A stretch of 64,000 bases of DNA, from positions 30,630,001 through 30,694,000 of the forward strand of contig OZ076409.1 in the NCBI GenBank assembly GCA_964187785.1. Direction: 5' to 3'. A program made the translations under genes and the position numbers. Origin of the DNA: Amphiscolops sp. MND2022 (Eukaryota). Every line of letters starts with the position of its first letter. Positions within the stretch are counted from its first letter, which is position 1. Positions 22,480-34,059 of this stretch are shown piece after piece. Below the pieces are notes generated by a model that was not told where the DNA came from, did no database searches, and saw only the letters and a list, made by a program, of their open reading frames with translations.

Positions 22480-24707
22480 TTGTCATTGCGGCCATCGAAC
22501 GTTGGCATGGTCGTTGAGAGTGCCTTTGGTAGTCTGGGCAATCCCGCATTCTGTTGTGTGGCATTTTTTAAGGATTCGAGTAGTTTGTCTACGATATCGT
22601 CAGGATATCTCATGTTGGGCGGCGGTAGACTTGATGACCGGGCGGGTATATCCTGGGTTGTGGTAACTCCTGTCACCATGTGTTGACCGTGATTTAGACG
22701 TAAATCATTCGGTTCAACTGCTCCGGGTCTAAAACACGTATTCTCTAAGTCTTCATCATCGGGATCGTGGTGTGCGTTGTAGGACGGTTTTTCTGCTAGA
22801 GTGTCTATCTTGAGGCTAGGTTCTCTATCATTTTCAAAATCTCGCGCTGTCCAACTTCCGTGTCCTTAATTCTTTTGCTGACGGACTTTTCTATCTTTTC
22901 GGATAACTCATTGAAGTCCTTGTCAGGCAAGCAAGGGGTATTCTCAGTCCTCGTGCTGGAGGACTCAGGTTCGTCTATTGAATTCACTGGGGAATCTCGC
23001 CTAGCTTTCCTTTTCGAGCTCCTTTCGGGCATCTTGTTCAAGTTTAAGTTCTCAATTTTCTTTAGAAGAAGTTTAAGTAGAATCTTAAGCAAAGAAATTT
23101 GAAGTTTTGAAACTTTCAATTATTTTCAACAAAAGACAATTGCTTGCGATAAACGACAAAATTTGACTAAAAATGGCCTCTTGGTCCCATCATATTTATA
23201 CCTTCCGATAGAGGAAGCAAGGAAAAGACACGCACATACTTCACACTTCGTTCAGCCCGGCGTCCATCCGAGGCAGGGAAACCGGAAATTCAGTTCCGCT
23301 TAGTCGAACTCAGGCTTTCAGTTTGTTCATGCTTCCCGGGGAAAGCAAGCGTCCACTTCCGGCCTGAGTTGCGACTTCGCTTTCCTTCCTCTCCAATCTC
23401 CCGCCTCTTCGAGACGCCGAACTGAACAACTAGCAAAACACACGCTGTGACTCATCAAATGAAGTTAACAAACTGCACTAAATTTGGGAAGAAACGATGA
23501 CAGTCAAATTCCTTTTACAGATATTCTCTAATTAAAATAAATTAGCAACGAAATGAAAGAAATTAAATGGAAAACGTATGATAAACTGCAAAAGGGAGAG
23601 TAGAATCTTTTCTACGGTGTATTTGGTGATGTTTTAAATAAAACGGCAAAGCCTGGTCCTCCCAGGCCATGGTCCTGGACGGACAAATTGGTTCAACAAA
23701 ATACAGTGATTATAAACAGTGCACAGCATCAGAGACATTATTTTATGGAATAATAAATGCAATTAAACGGTAACGTGTTTAGAAAATGGTATATGCATGC
23801 AATTAACCCTTGGTTTGCATTTTGACATTGAGCCTTTGGCTCAGGCCACGGTTCAGGCTTATTTACTGATTAGACGCCATTTACATGTAAAAGTACATTG
23901 TATGTAATATTCCAATCAACAATATTATTTAGGATCATCAGTGATAGCTATTAGAGTTATTTCGAAACAAAGTTACATATTAGCATCGACACTTTCTAAT
24001 TTTACGGACAGTTCGCTGTATTTTCATTCTCAGGCCGCGTCTCAGGCCGCGGTCTAAAATATTGCAATGAATTGGCGCGGGAATCTCAATTATTGGTATA
24101 TATACAAAACTGCACTGTCGATGAAGCACTGCATTAGCCATTAGTTTGTATACATGTATTCACTGTAAGGGAATGCTTGTGTATTGGTTTACAAATCTCA
24201 GGCCGCCTGCCAGGCCACCGCTTTAGTGAGCGCATTTGAGGCCGGCCGCCAGGCCGCAGTTCCGTTCAAGAATTGATTGACTGCTTGTCAGGTTGAGTGT
24301 TTTACGTAGTATTGATATTAGCACTATATTATTAACATTATTAACTGCACTTTAGCTCCGTTATTCGTAAGTACGTATTTAAATAAGTGTACATTAATAT
24401 AGTAATATTAATATAAATTTATTTATTTAATTGTTTCAAATTGAGCGCCTCTGTTTCTAATTGTCCCTTTGTTGTTTCTTTCTTGTTCTTTTCTCTCTTT
24501 TCCCAATTTATTCTTTGAAGACTGGGTTACACACGTTGCAGTACTCACAGCTTATGCGGGGCTGTGACAGGAAGTAATTTTAACCTTTCAGAAATTTGAT
24601 TTTGGAGTATTCAGCAAGGAAAAGCGTTGCCGAGATTTGCATTAACTGAGGAATTTTCCGCTCTTTTCCGATATTGGTTTTGTTACGAAAAGGATTGTGT
24701 CTAGAAT
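22480..24707. repeat. Tandem duplication of 20251-22476 (gag 5' end, PBS, LTR copy at 22679-24569, TSD and ~135 bp flank)
   Basis: Direct repeat with scattered substitutions and indels; 3-nt filler TGA at 22477-22479. Confidence 0.95.
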
Positions 24708-24911
24708 AAAAAACACTCGTTTGAAAAGGAGGACTATACGGAGTTCAAAATTCAAAATGAAGATAATGTCATTCATTTTTGCTTGTACAAGATGAAAAAA
24801 CATCTGAATTACGAAGTTACCAAAAGTTTTTACCTCAGAAGAGTATTGCAATTTTTGCATGTGGTTTTAAATCTTTGCGTTTTTTGAACGATGTTCAAGT
24901 TGTTCAGTGGA

Positions 24912-25144
24912 AGTAGTATGCGAATTCCCGATCCTGATAATCAAAACCCTAAATTTAAGCATTTTTCAAAAAAATCGATAAAATTGGTGTTTTTTAACTA
25001 TTAAAAAATAAAAAAGTTTTAAGTTCGTAAAACCATTAAAAAATTAATCTTTTTCACAAATTATCAATCAAACCATCTAAAAATCAGCCTTTTTTCACAA
25101 CTAAAAAATTAACAAAATAAAAATCCATGCACAAATTTTTCCAA
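24912..25144 (+). repeat. Left terminal inverted repeat of the Polinton
   Basis: Reverse complement of ~39360-39592 with a few mismatches. Confidence 0.93.
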
Positions 25145-25191
25145 TGGAAAATTCATTGACCAAGATATAATCAGGGAAAAATAACTATTAA

Positions 25192-25605
25192 ATGAATTAT
25201 TTATCATTCAAAGAATTTGTTAATAAATATGGATTAAAAAATGAAGCAACTTCCAATGTAGAAATAAAAGAAATCTTAAAACTCATGAACACATCTTGTG
25301 GAATATATATGAGAGATGATAAATTTATAACCACCAGTGGTATAGTTAACTTACATCCAACTAAAGGAACACATTGGGTTATGTTTACGGAAAGCGCCTC
25401 CGGTACAAACCAAAACTATTTCGATTCATATGGCTGTCCACCACCACTAAATATAACAAAACAAAGTAATAATGGTATTTATTCAGAATATCAAATCCAG
25501 AAAGACGACAGTTATTGTGCAGCTTATTGTTTTTATGTGTTATATCTCACACAAATTATAGGCTTCAAAAATGCAGTTTTAAATTTATACTACCAAAATT
25601 TATAA
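25192..25605 (+). CDS. Adenain-like cysteine (maturation) protease
   Basis: GTHWV, YFDSYG and QIQ...YCAAYC motifs give the H-D-Q-C catalytic set. Confidence 0.9.
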   Translation: MNYLSFKEFVNKYGLKNEATSNVEIKEILKLMNTSCGIYMRDDKFITTSGIVNLHPTKGTHWVMFTESASGTNQNYFDSYGCPPPLNITKQSNNGIYSEYQIQKDDSYCAAYCFYVLYLTQIIGFKNAVLNLYYQNL

Positions 25606-25612
25606 ATCCTAA

Positions 25613-25807
25613 ATGAAGAAAATTAATAATTATTCAGCTCAATTTAAAATTATTCAAAAACCAATGAATACCTATGAGAACCAATTTGATGAGAAAATAA
25701 TAGAAAAAAATAATCCAAAAAATAATCAAAAAAAGAAATTATCAAAACAAAACCAAGAATTTATAAATAAGATATCCGCAAGTGGATTTAAACAATTTTT
25801 CGCTTAA
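25613..25807 (+). CDS. Small basic hypothetical Polinton protein (64 aa)
   Basis: Fills the gap between protease and penton; TAAATG start like its neighbours. Confidence 0.5.
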   Translation: MKKINNYSAQFKIIQKPMNTYENQFDEKIIEKNNPKNNQKKKLSKQNQEFINKISASGFKQFFA

Positions 25808-25810
25808 TAA

Positions 25811-26839
25811 ATGGATCTATCAAATTTTGTAACCTATGATAAAAAAAGAATCTCTTTTATTGAGTATTGCAAAATCTAAGTTGGATATTGTTGAAAATAC
25901 TTTATCCAAACCACAAGAAACTTTAGAATTTAAAATGAATAAACAAAAAGAATCTTTTTCATTTGATATTCCACTAGACTTACCAGAACAATGGATGATG
26001 GGAGTAACAAGTTTAGAAGTAATCAACACCATTTATAACATTACTGAGAAGAACAATAAAATTAAGTTTTTCGAAACAGAAAAAATGTTAAAAGAATATA
26101 AATTTGCAACTGAACTTATACCAAAGATAAAACATTTATATGAAACCTCTAAAATAGAGGAAATTAAAAAACTTATAAATGATGTTAAATTTAAAAAGGT
26201 TGTATTTCCTAAAAATTATTATGATGATTTAAATAAAATCATTGATCAAATTAATCAAAATATTAAAGATAAAACAAATATTCTTGATCTTCATGGTATT
26301 GGATCTGTATCTAATTGCTTGGGAATAGAAATACCACCAGGAGCATATGAATTAGATGATATAAGTAATACCATCCAACAAGAACTTATTAATTCTTGTA
26401 GTTCTAGTCTTAATCCTGATCTTAAAATTAACATAAAAGCAGACACAATATCAATGAAATCAATTTTAAAAACCACAAAACCCATTTATATTAATTCTGA
26501 ACTTAACACCCTTTTAGGACTTACAAAAACCGACTACACAGCAGGAACTCATAGATCAGAAAAACCAGTTATGATAACAACCACAGACAAAATTCATCTG
26601 AAATGTGATTGTGTAGATGGTTCAATTGTTAATGGAATTAGAGAACAAATTTTATTTTCATTTAACCTTAGTGCTCCTCCCGGATATAAAATTATAAAAG
26701 AACCTAATATTATTTTAAATAAAAAATAAACAAAACAAGGTTAGATAGTATTCAATTTTTCCTTGAGGATAACAATCATAACCCAGTTGATTTCAACGGG
26801 GAGACATTAACATTTACAATTCAAATCATCAAGATTTAA
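25811..26839 (+). pseudogene. Minor capsid (penton-like) protein, frameshifted in A-runs near 25845 and 26722
   Basis: IHLKCDCVDGSIVNG...LFSF...PPGYKI; continues in another frame as RLDSIQFFLED...VDFNGETLTF. Confidence 0.78.
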
Positions 26840-26848
26840 TATATATAA

Positions 26849-27250
26849 ATGAGCTTTAATAAATTTAAAAATAATTCATATTGTGTTGGTGGAAAACATT
26901 ATTCCCCCACCACAAACATTCGTGGAGATATTACAGTAAATAAAAAAACTGGTATGTCAGTAAAACTATTAAGAGGTACTTGTTCAACTTGCAAAAGAAA
27001 TAAATCATTAATTGTATCAGATCAAACTATACAAACAGAAGGATTAGGTGACTTTGTCCGAGGTATAGGAAAAGCCGCCAAGAGTGTCGGAAAGAAAACT
27101 TTAAACAATCCTGGAAGAGCATTAGAACTCGCAGCTAATATTGGTACAGCAGCAGCAAGTAAAAATTCAAAACTTATTGCCGCAACTGCTCCTGATATTA
27201 TAAAATTTATTCATCAAGGAAAAGGTCTGTACTTGGGTAAAATTCATTGA
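26849..27250 (+). CDS. Small basic protein with N-terminal Cys/His ribbon and GxG motifs (candidate virion core protein)
   Basis: YCVGGKH...CSTC; EGLG and GKGLYL resemble protease maturation sites. Confidence 0.6.
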   Translation: MSFNKFKNNSYCVGGKHYSPTTNIRGDITVNKKTGMSVKLLRGTCSTCKRNKSLIVSDQTIQTEGLGDFVRGIGKAAKSVGKKTLNNPGRALELAANIGTAAASKNSKLIAATAPDIIKFIHQGKGLYLGKIH

Positions 27251-27299
27251 TTTACAGCCTTGCTGTAAATTAAATATTATTTTTTATGAATAATAAATT

Positions 27300-28226
27300 A
27301 TGTATTCAATTCATAATCGAGATGATTTAGAAAAATTAAAAAAATTGCAAGAAACAAAATTTACTTTGAAAGCTGAAAGATTAAAAGAGAAACTAGGGAA
27401 GCAAGACTTTCATTATGATATGGAAGAAGTTTTTGAACCTGTAAAAGAAAACCAGAAACAAACCATTTCTAAACAACAAGAACTTTCCGAAAAGCAAATA
27501 CAAGCACTACGAGATTCGACTCAAACTACAACACAAGCAATCGAAAATCAGACAAGAGCAATAGAACACAGTAGTGATATTTTAAATAAAAATTTACAAA
27601 AATCTATTAAAGATGCTAATTCTAACCAAGTAGACAGTTCAATTGTTAAAACAGTTTCCAACCTCCTCAACACCCAAAGTCAATTCAGATTAGACCCTGT
27701 GGAAGGTAATCCAAATTTATTCATAATTAATCCTTTTACTAATCCTCAACAGGTATTAATCAAAGGTTCAACGATGACATTCCAAAATGGTAACACGTAT
27801 TATTTGAATGATCCGGATCTTTCAAATTTCATTACTAATACACAACACGATAAAATTAAAAACATAGCTGTGAAATATAATTTTTTACGTGATATGAATT
27901 ACGATTTAAATTATGGAGATAAAAAATCAAATAGGTATAACTTTATTAAATCTATGTTACAACCACAAATAGGAAGTGGATTAAATTTTACAGGTCAAAG
28001 ACCTGCAAATCCTGTGGTTTGTGTTTTTCTTCCATCTGATCCAGATGAACTTGTAGATCAATTAAAACTACTTTATTTTGAAAAAGTAGGAGGAAATGAT
28101 AATCCTATGCTTAGTGAACAAATCATAGCAATTGCTGATAAACTTTTACAATACCAATGCATTACAACAAATCAACATCAAAACCTAGTAAGCACATTTA
28201 CTAAAAAGGATCAGTTAGTGGACTAA
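27300..28226 (+). CDS. Conserved-type Polinton hypothetical protein with coiled-coil N-terminus
   Basis: GSGL followed by FLPSDPDELVDQLKLL...GGNDN, a motif typical of a Maverick-conserved ORF. Confidence 0.65.
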   Translation: MYSIHNRDDLEKLKKLQETKFTLKAERLKEKLGKQDFHYDMEEVFEPVKENQKQTISKQQELSEKQIQALRDSTQTTTQAIENQTRAIEHSSDILNKNLQKSIKDANSNQVDSSIVKTVSNLLNTQSQFRLDPVEGNPNLFIINPFTNPQQVLIKGSTMTFQNGNTYYLNDPDLSNFITNTQHDKIKNIAVKYNFLRDMNYDLNYGDKKSNRYNFIKSMLQPQIGSGLNFTGQRPANPVVCVFLPSDPDELVDQLKLLYFEKVGGNDNPMLSEQIIAIADKLLQYQCITTNQHQNLVSTFTKKDQLVD

Positions 28227-29190
28227 ACACCTGGCCTTGTGGATTAGATTCATTACATATCATATACTTACTCCCATTTTTATCTTCTAACCTATTTATT
28301 AATAAATAATTATACTTATCCCGCCATGCTTTTTTACACAAACATTTGAATTCATCATAAGACATATCAAAACCAGCTATGTCGGTGTATATATGTTGCA
28401 CATCTTTCAATGTTTGTTGAAATAAAATAATAATATTACTATTGTTTCTAATTGTTCTTTTAGGCAAATCAAAATATGACTGTGATAAATAATAAACATC
28501 CAGATCATTATGTCTTCCCCTGGTAAAAAATGGATCTGTTAATTTCTGTGAAGTGTCCAACATATCATCAAATACAACACAACACTTTTGAAAATCTTGT
28601 ATTGTTCTATCTTCTAGATCTTCGTCCACTGAAATATCTTCTATTTCTGTTTTTGTATATTGTCCCGGAGATCTAGTTATTATATGTATTTGTTTTTCTT
28701 TATTATATAATCGAATTAATTGTAATTTGTTTCTTAACAAATGAGTTTTACCACGAAATGATGGGCCAACTATCAAGGTCCTATTACAATTATTATCAAT
28801 ATTATCAATATTATCATTTGTAATGATAATATTTGTATAATTATTATTATCATAATTTTCATTATGATTTATAATTTCATTATTTGTATAATTATTCTTA
28901 TCATGATTTTCATTATGATTTATAATTTCATTATTTGTGTACTTATTATTATCATGATTGATAATACATCTTTTTAAATGTTTTGATAAATAAATTTTAT
29001 TGAATTCCTTATTACAGAATTCACATTTTACTTTTTTATTGAAACATTCTATACATGTACTATACAATTTACCATTTTTATATTTGTAAAAATCTGTTTT
29101 CAGTATATTACACACTTTACATTTTTTTTTATTCTCACAATCGGAACAGAGAGAATTTTCATTACTTTTTCCACAAATTATACACTTCAT
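28201..29190 (-). CDS. A32/FtsK-like packaging ATPase 1 with N-terminal Cys-rich region and Asn-rich repeats
   Basis: GPSFRGKT Walker A, VVFDD Walker B, RGRHN, LSQSYF. Confidence 0.88.
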   Translation of the reverse strand: MKCIICGKSNENSLCSDCENKKKCKVCNILKTDFYKYKNGKLYSTCIECFNKKVKCEFCNKEFNKIYLSKHLKRCIINHDNNKYTNNEIINHNENHDKNNYTNNEIINHNENYDNNNYTNIIITNDNIDNIDNNCNRTLIVGPSFRGKTHLLRNKLQLIRLYNKEKQIHIITRSPGQYTKTEIEDISVDEDLEDRTIQDFQKCCVVFDDMLDTSQKLTDPFFTRGRHNDLDVYYLSQSYFDLPKRTIRNNSNIIILFQQTLKDVQHIYTDIAGFDMSYDEFKCLCKKAWRDKYNYLLINRLEDKNGSKYMICNESNPQGQVFSPLTDPF

Positions 29191-29210
29191 TTATTTAGTA
29201 AAAAATTACT

Positions 29211-29290
29211 AAATCACTAAGCAAATTCACTAAGAGCATGATGTTTTAGGTGACAAAAAAAATGCTCTTAGTGAATTTGCTTAGTGATTT
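29211..29290. repeat. Perfect 29-bp inverted repeat with 22-nt spacer
   Basis: AAATCACTAAGCAAATTCACTAAGAGCAT / ATGCTCTTAGTGAATTTGCTTAGTGATTT. Confidence 0.93.
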
Positions 29291-29366
29291 TACTAAGAAA
29301 ATTACTAAGAAATCAAACCCATTTTTTTGGGTACCGGAGGACACCTTTGCTGTAAATATTTCATTT

Positions 29367-30386
29367 TCAACTATTTGCGATGCCAGCTTTACCGTAACTA
29401 ATTGCTTGTTCCATTATTATATTTTTAAAATCTTCTTTAAGTTTGTCTGAAATTAATGGTTGTTGCATTCTATCGATGTAATTGTCTATTATGGCTTCAT
29501 TTACTTTAATTTTATTTTGTTTACAATAATATACATAATAATAAGCTACATTAAAAGGTGTTTTTTCACTTGTTTGATCTGACATATCTTCTAGGAATAT
29601 TTTAAGTTTATTATATTCTTCACCTGTAAAGGAATAACTTTCATATTTTACATAATCCTCAGGACTCCATTTATGTTTAGTTGTATCATATACTACTTGA
29701 TACTTTTGATTGAGTATTTTATACTTTCGTGATCTAGTATCAAATTCAATTACATCAAATTCTAATTGGTCACGATATTGTTTCCAATTAGGTTGTTTGA
29801 TACTATAACAACTCATCATTGTTTCGAAAAATGTATCTGGATTATTTATTGTGATATATAACTTAAAACAATTTTCTCTAACAACAGGTAGAACATCCTT
29901 TGCATAATGTGCTAGATAAATAACTTGTATATTATGATGTCTTCCAAACCGGAATAAGTCTTCTACTTTTGTTTTGAGTTGCTTATAAGCACCCGCATCA
30001 TCTAAAATGATTGTTTTACCAGCAAGTGATTCAATGGTAATGTTTTCTAACTGCAACAATTGTATAAATCTACCCGGGAATTCGGCTTCATCTCTACCGA
30101 ATACTATAAAATCGTATTTAGTTTGATCTAAATAATACTTCAGGAAACTAGTCTTACCTGATCCACAAGTACCATACACCAAAAAATGACAATTAGTTTT
30201 TGTGATTGGTTTGATTTGTGGCTCGTCTTTTGGTTGATCAGTTAGATGGGACTTTTTAAATCCCTTGAATTGTTTTAGTTTTTGGTATAATTTTTCGTAA
30301 TGTCTAGGTCTAATATAATACCAATAAATATATAAAACTATTATAAAAATTACACATAATAAACCTATATAAAATTTTTTATTCAT
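29367..30386 (-). CDS. A32/FtsK-like ATPase 2 with N-terminal hydrophobic anchor
   Basis: GTCGSGKT, IILDD, FGRHHN; N-terminus FYIGLLCVIFIIVLYIYWYY. Confidence 0.85.
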   Translation of the reverse strand: MNKKFYIGLLCVIFIIVLYIYWYYIRPRHYEKLYQKLKQFKGFKKSHLTDQPKDEPQIKPITKTNCHFLVYGTCGSGKTSFLKYYLDQTKYDFIVFGRDEAEFPGRFIQLLQLENITIESLAGKTIILDDAGAYKQLKTKVEDLFRFGRHHNIQVIYLAHYAKDVLPVVRENCFKLYITINNPDTFFETMMSCYSIKQPNWKQYRDQLEFDVIEFDTRSRKYKILNQKYQVVYDTTKHKWSPEDYVKYESYSFTGEEYNKLKIFLEDMSDQTSEKTPFNVAYYYVYYCKQNKIKVNEAIIDNYIDRMQQPLISDKLKEDFKNIIMEQAISYGKAGIANS

Positions 30387-30400
30387 TTATTAGGAAATAA

Positions 30401-31255
30401 ATGAGTGAAAAGAAGAAAGAAATTGCTAAAGAAATATTCTCCCCTGTAATTAAGAAGTTTCAAAGAATTCAAATACAAACTCACTATAAAGATGAGTGTT
30501 GGAGTATTGATCTGATAGACCGATCTAGCTTAGCAAAATACAACAAAAACTACAAGTTCATTTTTACAAAAATTGACAATCATACTAAATATGCATGGGC
30601 AATTCCTCTTAAAGATAAATCAGGAAAAAGTACAACAACTGCATTTAAAAGTCTTTTTGAAAAAGCAAAAAGAAAACCTGATAATATTTTGTCAGATAGA
30701 GGTAAAGAGTTTTGTAACAAAACATTTTTGGAGTTTCTTAAACAAAATGAAATACAAATTTATTCAACTCAATCAGATTTGAAAGCTGTTTTTGTTGAAC
30801 GTTTCAATAGAACACTTTTGTACTTAATCAAATAACCCATGTATATTGAAGGCAAAGCTTGTTGGTTGAGTCATCTTGATGCTGCTATGGAAAAATATAA
30901 TAATCGTGTCCATGGAACTACTAAGATGACACCTTTTGAAGCTAATAATCAACCAATAGATCCACCTACTTTTGTTAATAAACCGAAACAACTCAAATTC
31001 CAAGTGGGAGACTATGTAAGAGTTCCTGATAAACGCAATTTATATAGTAAACGTTATACAACAAATTGGAACCGAGAACGTTTTAAAATACACGAAATTA
31101 TTCCAACTAACCCAGTTTCGTATGGTTTAGTAGAGGAAAACAACGAACAAATAGAAGGAAAATATTATGAACAAGAACTTTTAGGAAGTGTATTCAATTT
31201 TAAATATAACAACAAAACGTTAGAAAGTATGAATATTTTCCATCGTTATGAGTAA
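30401..31255 (+). pseudogene. Retroviral-type (rve) integrase with one in-frame stop at 30833-30835
   Basis: WSIDLID, SDRGKEF, VERFNRTL, YNNRVH...MTP, FQVGDYVR. Confidence 0.92.
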
Positions 31256-31324
31256 TTATATTTAAATAAATAATGTTAATTCATAAATTTGGTTATAGTG
31301 CCGAGAGCCTAGAAAAAAATAAGA

Positions 31325-31975
31325 TTGAGAATCTTGAAAAAGAATTGTAATTTACAAACCAAATTAATCAACTTAAAACTTAATGATATGCAAAGCACCA
31401 TAAATGGTATGACTGATAACCTACAAAGTGTACAAGAAATTAATTTTGATGATGGTGAAACCAAGGTAGTAGTCAATGCAAAGTTATTCTTAGACATAAA
31501 TAAAATTATAGAAGACTTGAAAATCAACCTGAAATACTTAGAACAAAATGTTAAAAATAAATTTTTAGGAAAAAAAGAAAAAATTTTGGATGCTGCCAAG
31601 TTAGTGGAAGAACAACAAACCATTTTACGTAATCATTTTGAGAGAAACCATATTTCGGAATTGGAAAAAAGTAAAAATCAAGCAGTCAAAGATACCATTC
31701 AATCACTATACAACAAAGGATTGTTTGATTCATTTGAAAATAAAGACCAAATCTTTAATGAGTACTTATATTTTAGTGATGAATACTTGTTGGAAAAATA
31801 CGGAAAAGAAATAATGACATCAGATGGTGTGTATTATTTATCTGATTTAGATTATTCAACGCGAGAAGATATTTTGAAGTGCTTAAAAATAGATGAATAC
31901 AAAGATATTGTTGACCTTAAATATAGAATGAAACTAACCGATACTGAGCTCAATTTCATACTTTTTGAAAACTAA
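31325..31975 (+). CDS. Hypothetical Polinton protein, coiled-coil; true start uncertain
   Basis: 216-codon open frame in AT-rich DNA. Confidence 0.55.
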   Translation: MRILKKNCNLQTKLINLKLNDMQSTINGMTDNLQSVQEINFDDGETKVVVNAKLFLDINKIIEDLKINLKYLEQNVKNKFLGKKEKILDAAKLVEEQQTILRNHFERNHISELEKSKNQAVKDTIQSLYNKGLFDSFENKDQIFNEYLYFSDEYLLEKYGKEIMTSDGVYYLSDLDYSTREDILKCLKIDEYKDIVDLKYRMKLTDTELNFILFEN

Positions 31976-32029
31976 TTGGTAAAATTTAAACTAAATACTT
32001 TATAAAATTAAGTTTTTATTTAAAATCAA

Positions 32030-32527
32030 ATGAGTGAAAAAATGTACCCATGTTTACAACCAAGTGATAGTCTTGATTTGCGATTGAAAGAAAGAAATAT
32101 TTTAAATAAGTCAATTCAAAATATAAAAGATATTCAAAATTTTTATAATCATGAAGCTAAAAAGTATAAGAAGAAATCTAAAATATATAAAATAATAAAC
32201 GGTTTAATTCAATCTATTGATGGAGTTTCAGTACTAGCAGTATCATCAACATGTGTCACTTTGAGTGTCACAGGAGTTGGACTTGTTGTTGTACCTATAG
32301 CAAGTGGTATAGGTGCAGGTTTATGTATAATCAGTAAAATTGCTGGAGAGTACCTGAAAAGAAAAGAACAACACAATATTAAAATATATACTCTTGCTGG
32401 TAGAACACTACATGATTTCTGTAAACTACATTCAAATTGTTTAGAAGAGAATAAAATTGATCTGAATGAATACAACAAATTAAAACAAACTTACGATGTG
32501 TATAAAAACAAAAAAAAACTAAACTAA
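32030..32527 (+). CDS. Polinton membrane protein with Gly-rich hydrophobic hairpin
   Basis: GVSVLAVSSTCVTLSVTGVGLVVVPIASGIGAGLCII flanked by basic helices. Confidence 0.65.
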   Translation: MSEKMYPCLQPSDSLDLRLKERNILNKSIQNIKDIQNFYNHEAKKYKKKSKIYKIINGLIQSIDGVSVLAVSSTCVTLSVTGVGLVVVPIASGIGAGLCIISKIAGEYLKRKEQHNIKIYTLAGRTLHDFCKLHSNCLEENKIDLNEYNKLKQTYDVYKNKKKLN

Positions 32528-32680
32528 ATTCTGAGTTTACTTTTTTAGGATAAATTTATTTAGTAAAAATATTATGAATATAAATTTTAAATCATCATCA
32601 TAAATGTTTTTTCTATACAAACCAAAGGTTTGCAAACTAAAAGTTTGTGCAGAAAAAATTGAATATTTTTCTCTATATAA

Positions 32681-33915
32681 ATGGAATTATTTTCATTGTA
32701 AAATAAATATGCTATGGATAAACGTTTTCAAAAAATTGATTTTATTAAATACTCACCTAGTAGTTTAGCTACAATTATTAATAGTAATTCAAATATTTCC
32801 ATCATCTTCCCAAGAGAAGATGCATATATTTGTTTACAAAACTCATACATATCATTAGAATTTGAAGTTCTTAAAAATGATGATACAAGATATGCAGATG
32901 GTGATCAAATAAGCTTGGTCAACTTTGGACCTCCTGCTTTATTTAGTGAAGTTAAGTTAACTACTAGTTCAGGTAAACATTTAGAAAAAGTTGATAATCT
33001 ACACCCAACTTCATTGATGTATAAACTTTTAACATCTAATCAACAAACAAGTCAATTGATGTATGGGTTTGAAGAATCACAAGCAACTAGAAGACAAGAA
33101 CTAACAACAAACAAAACAGAAAAAGGAACCTTTTTTGTGAGAATAAAATTAACTGATATATTTGGATTCGCTGATCAAGAAAAAATAACTTATGGATTGA
33201 GTTACAGTCTCACATTAAAACGTAATAATAATATTGATCCTATTATCAGGGACAATGGTGGGGATGCTGCAAAAATGAATATAAAAGACATCTCCTGGTA
33301 TATTCCACACTACACACCATCAATGGAAAACCAACAACTCGTGATGGATCAATTATTAGACAAAGATCCAACTGAATTATATTACATGCAACGGATTGTA
33401 TTTAGAAAAGATGTTAACACGAATAATAATTGAATTGGACATTTGAATTAGGTAATAGTGGAGAATCAACGCCAAGTTTTATAATTGTTGGATTTCAAGC
33501 TAGAAATAAAATTGATTCACAAACACATGATAATGCATTATTTGATAGGTTACCTATTTCAAATGCAGTTTGTAAAATAGGATCAGAAAAATATCCCGAT
33601 GATAGAATAGAATGTGATTATGATAGAGACAAATATGATCAAGCATAAAGTGAAATTGAAAATTTTTATTTGTTAAAAAGTGAGACTAATCTACTCAATC
33701 CATTTATTGATTTGCATAAATTCAGGACAAATTATAAGTTTTATGTATTTGACTTATCCAAACAAAAAGATAATATTGCCAGTCAACCTATTAGATTAGA
33801 ATTTAAATTTAATGCTGCCATTGATGTAGCAGACTATATAGCTTATGCCCTAGTCCTAACACCCAAGCAGATAAGTATCAGTAGTGATGGACAAAGGCAT
33901 TTTGATTTATTATAA
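32681..33915 (+). pseudogene. Major capsid protein (double jelly-roll type), disrupted by stops and a frameshift
   Basis: Fragments 32714-33433, 33430-33648 and 33670-33915 total ~400 aa; SYISLEFEV, LFSEVKL, ISWYIPHY, FIIVGFQ, YVFDLSKQ motifs. Confidence 0.82.
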
Positions 33916-34059
33916 ATAAATATAACTTAAATATATCAATTTAAAAAAATTATAATAAAATAGCTTTGCTGATATGATAAATAATTTTATAAAAAATATA
34001 CACATTTTATAAAAAATGATAATAATTATAAAGAAATTTATAAAATATTATATTTATTT

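Noticed and set aside
22480..24707. Pure assembly artefact producing the third LTR
   Set aside because: Both copies carry several private substitutions and indels and the junction has a filler; long reads are still needed to exclude merged haplotypes
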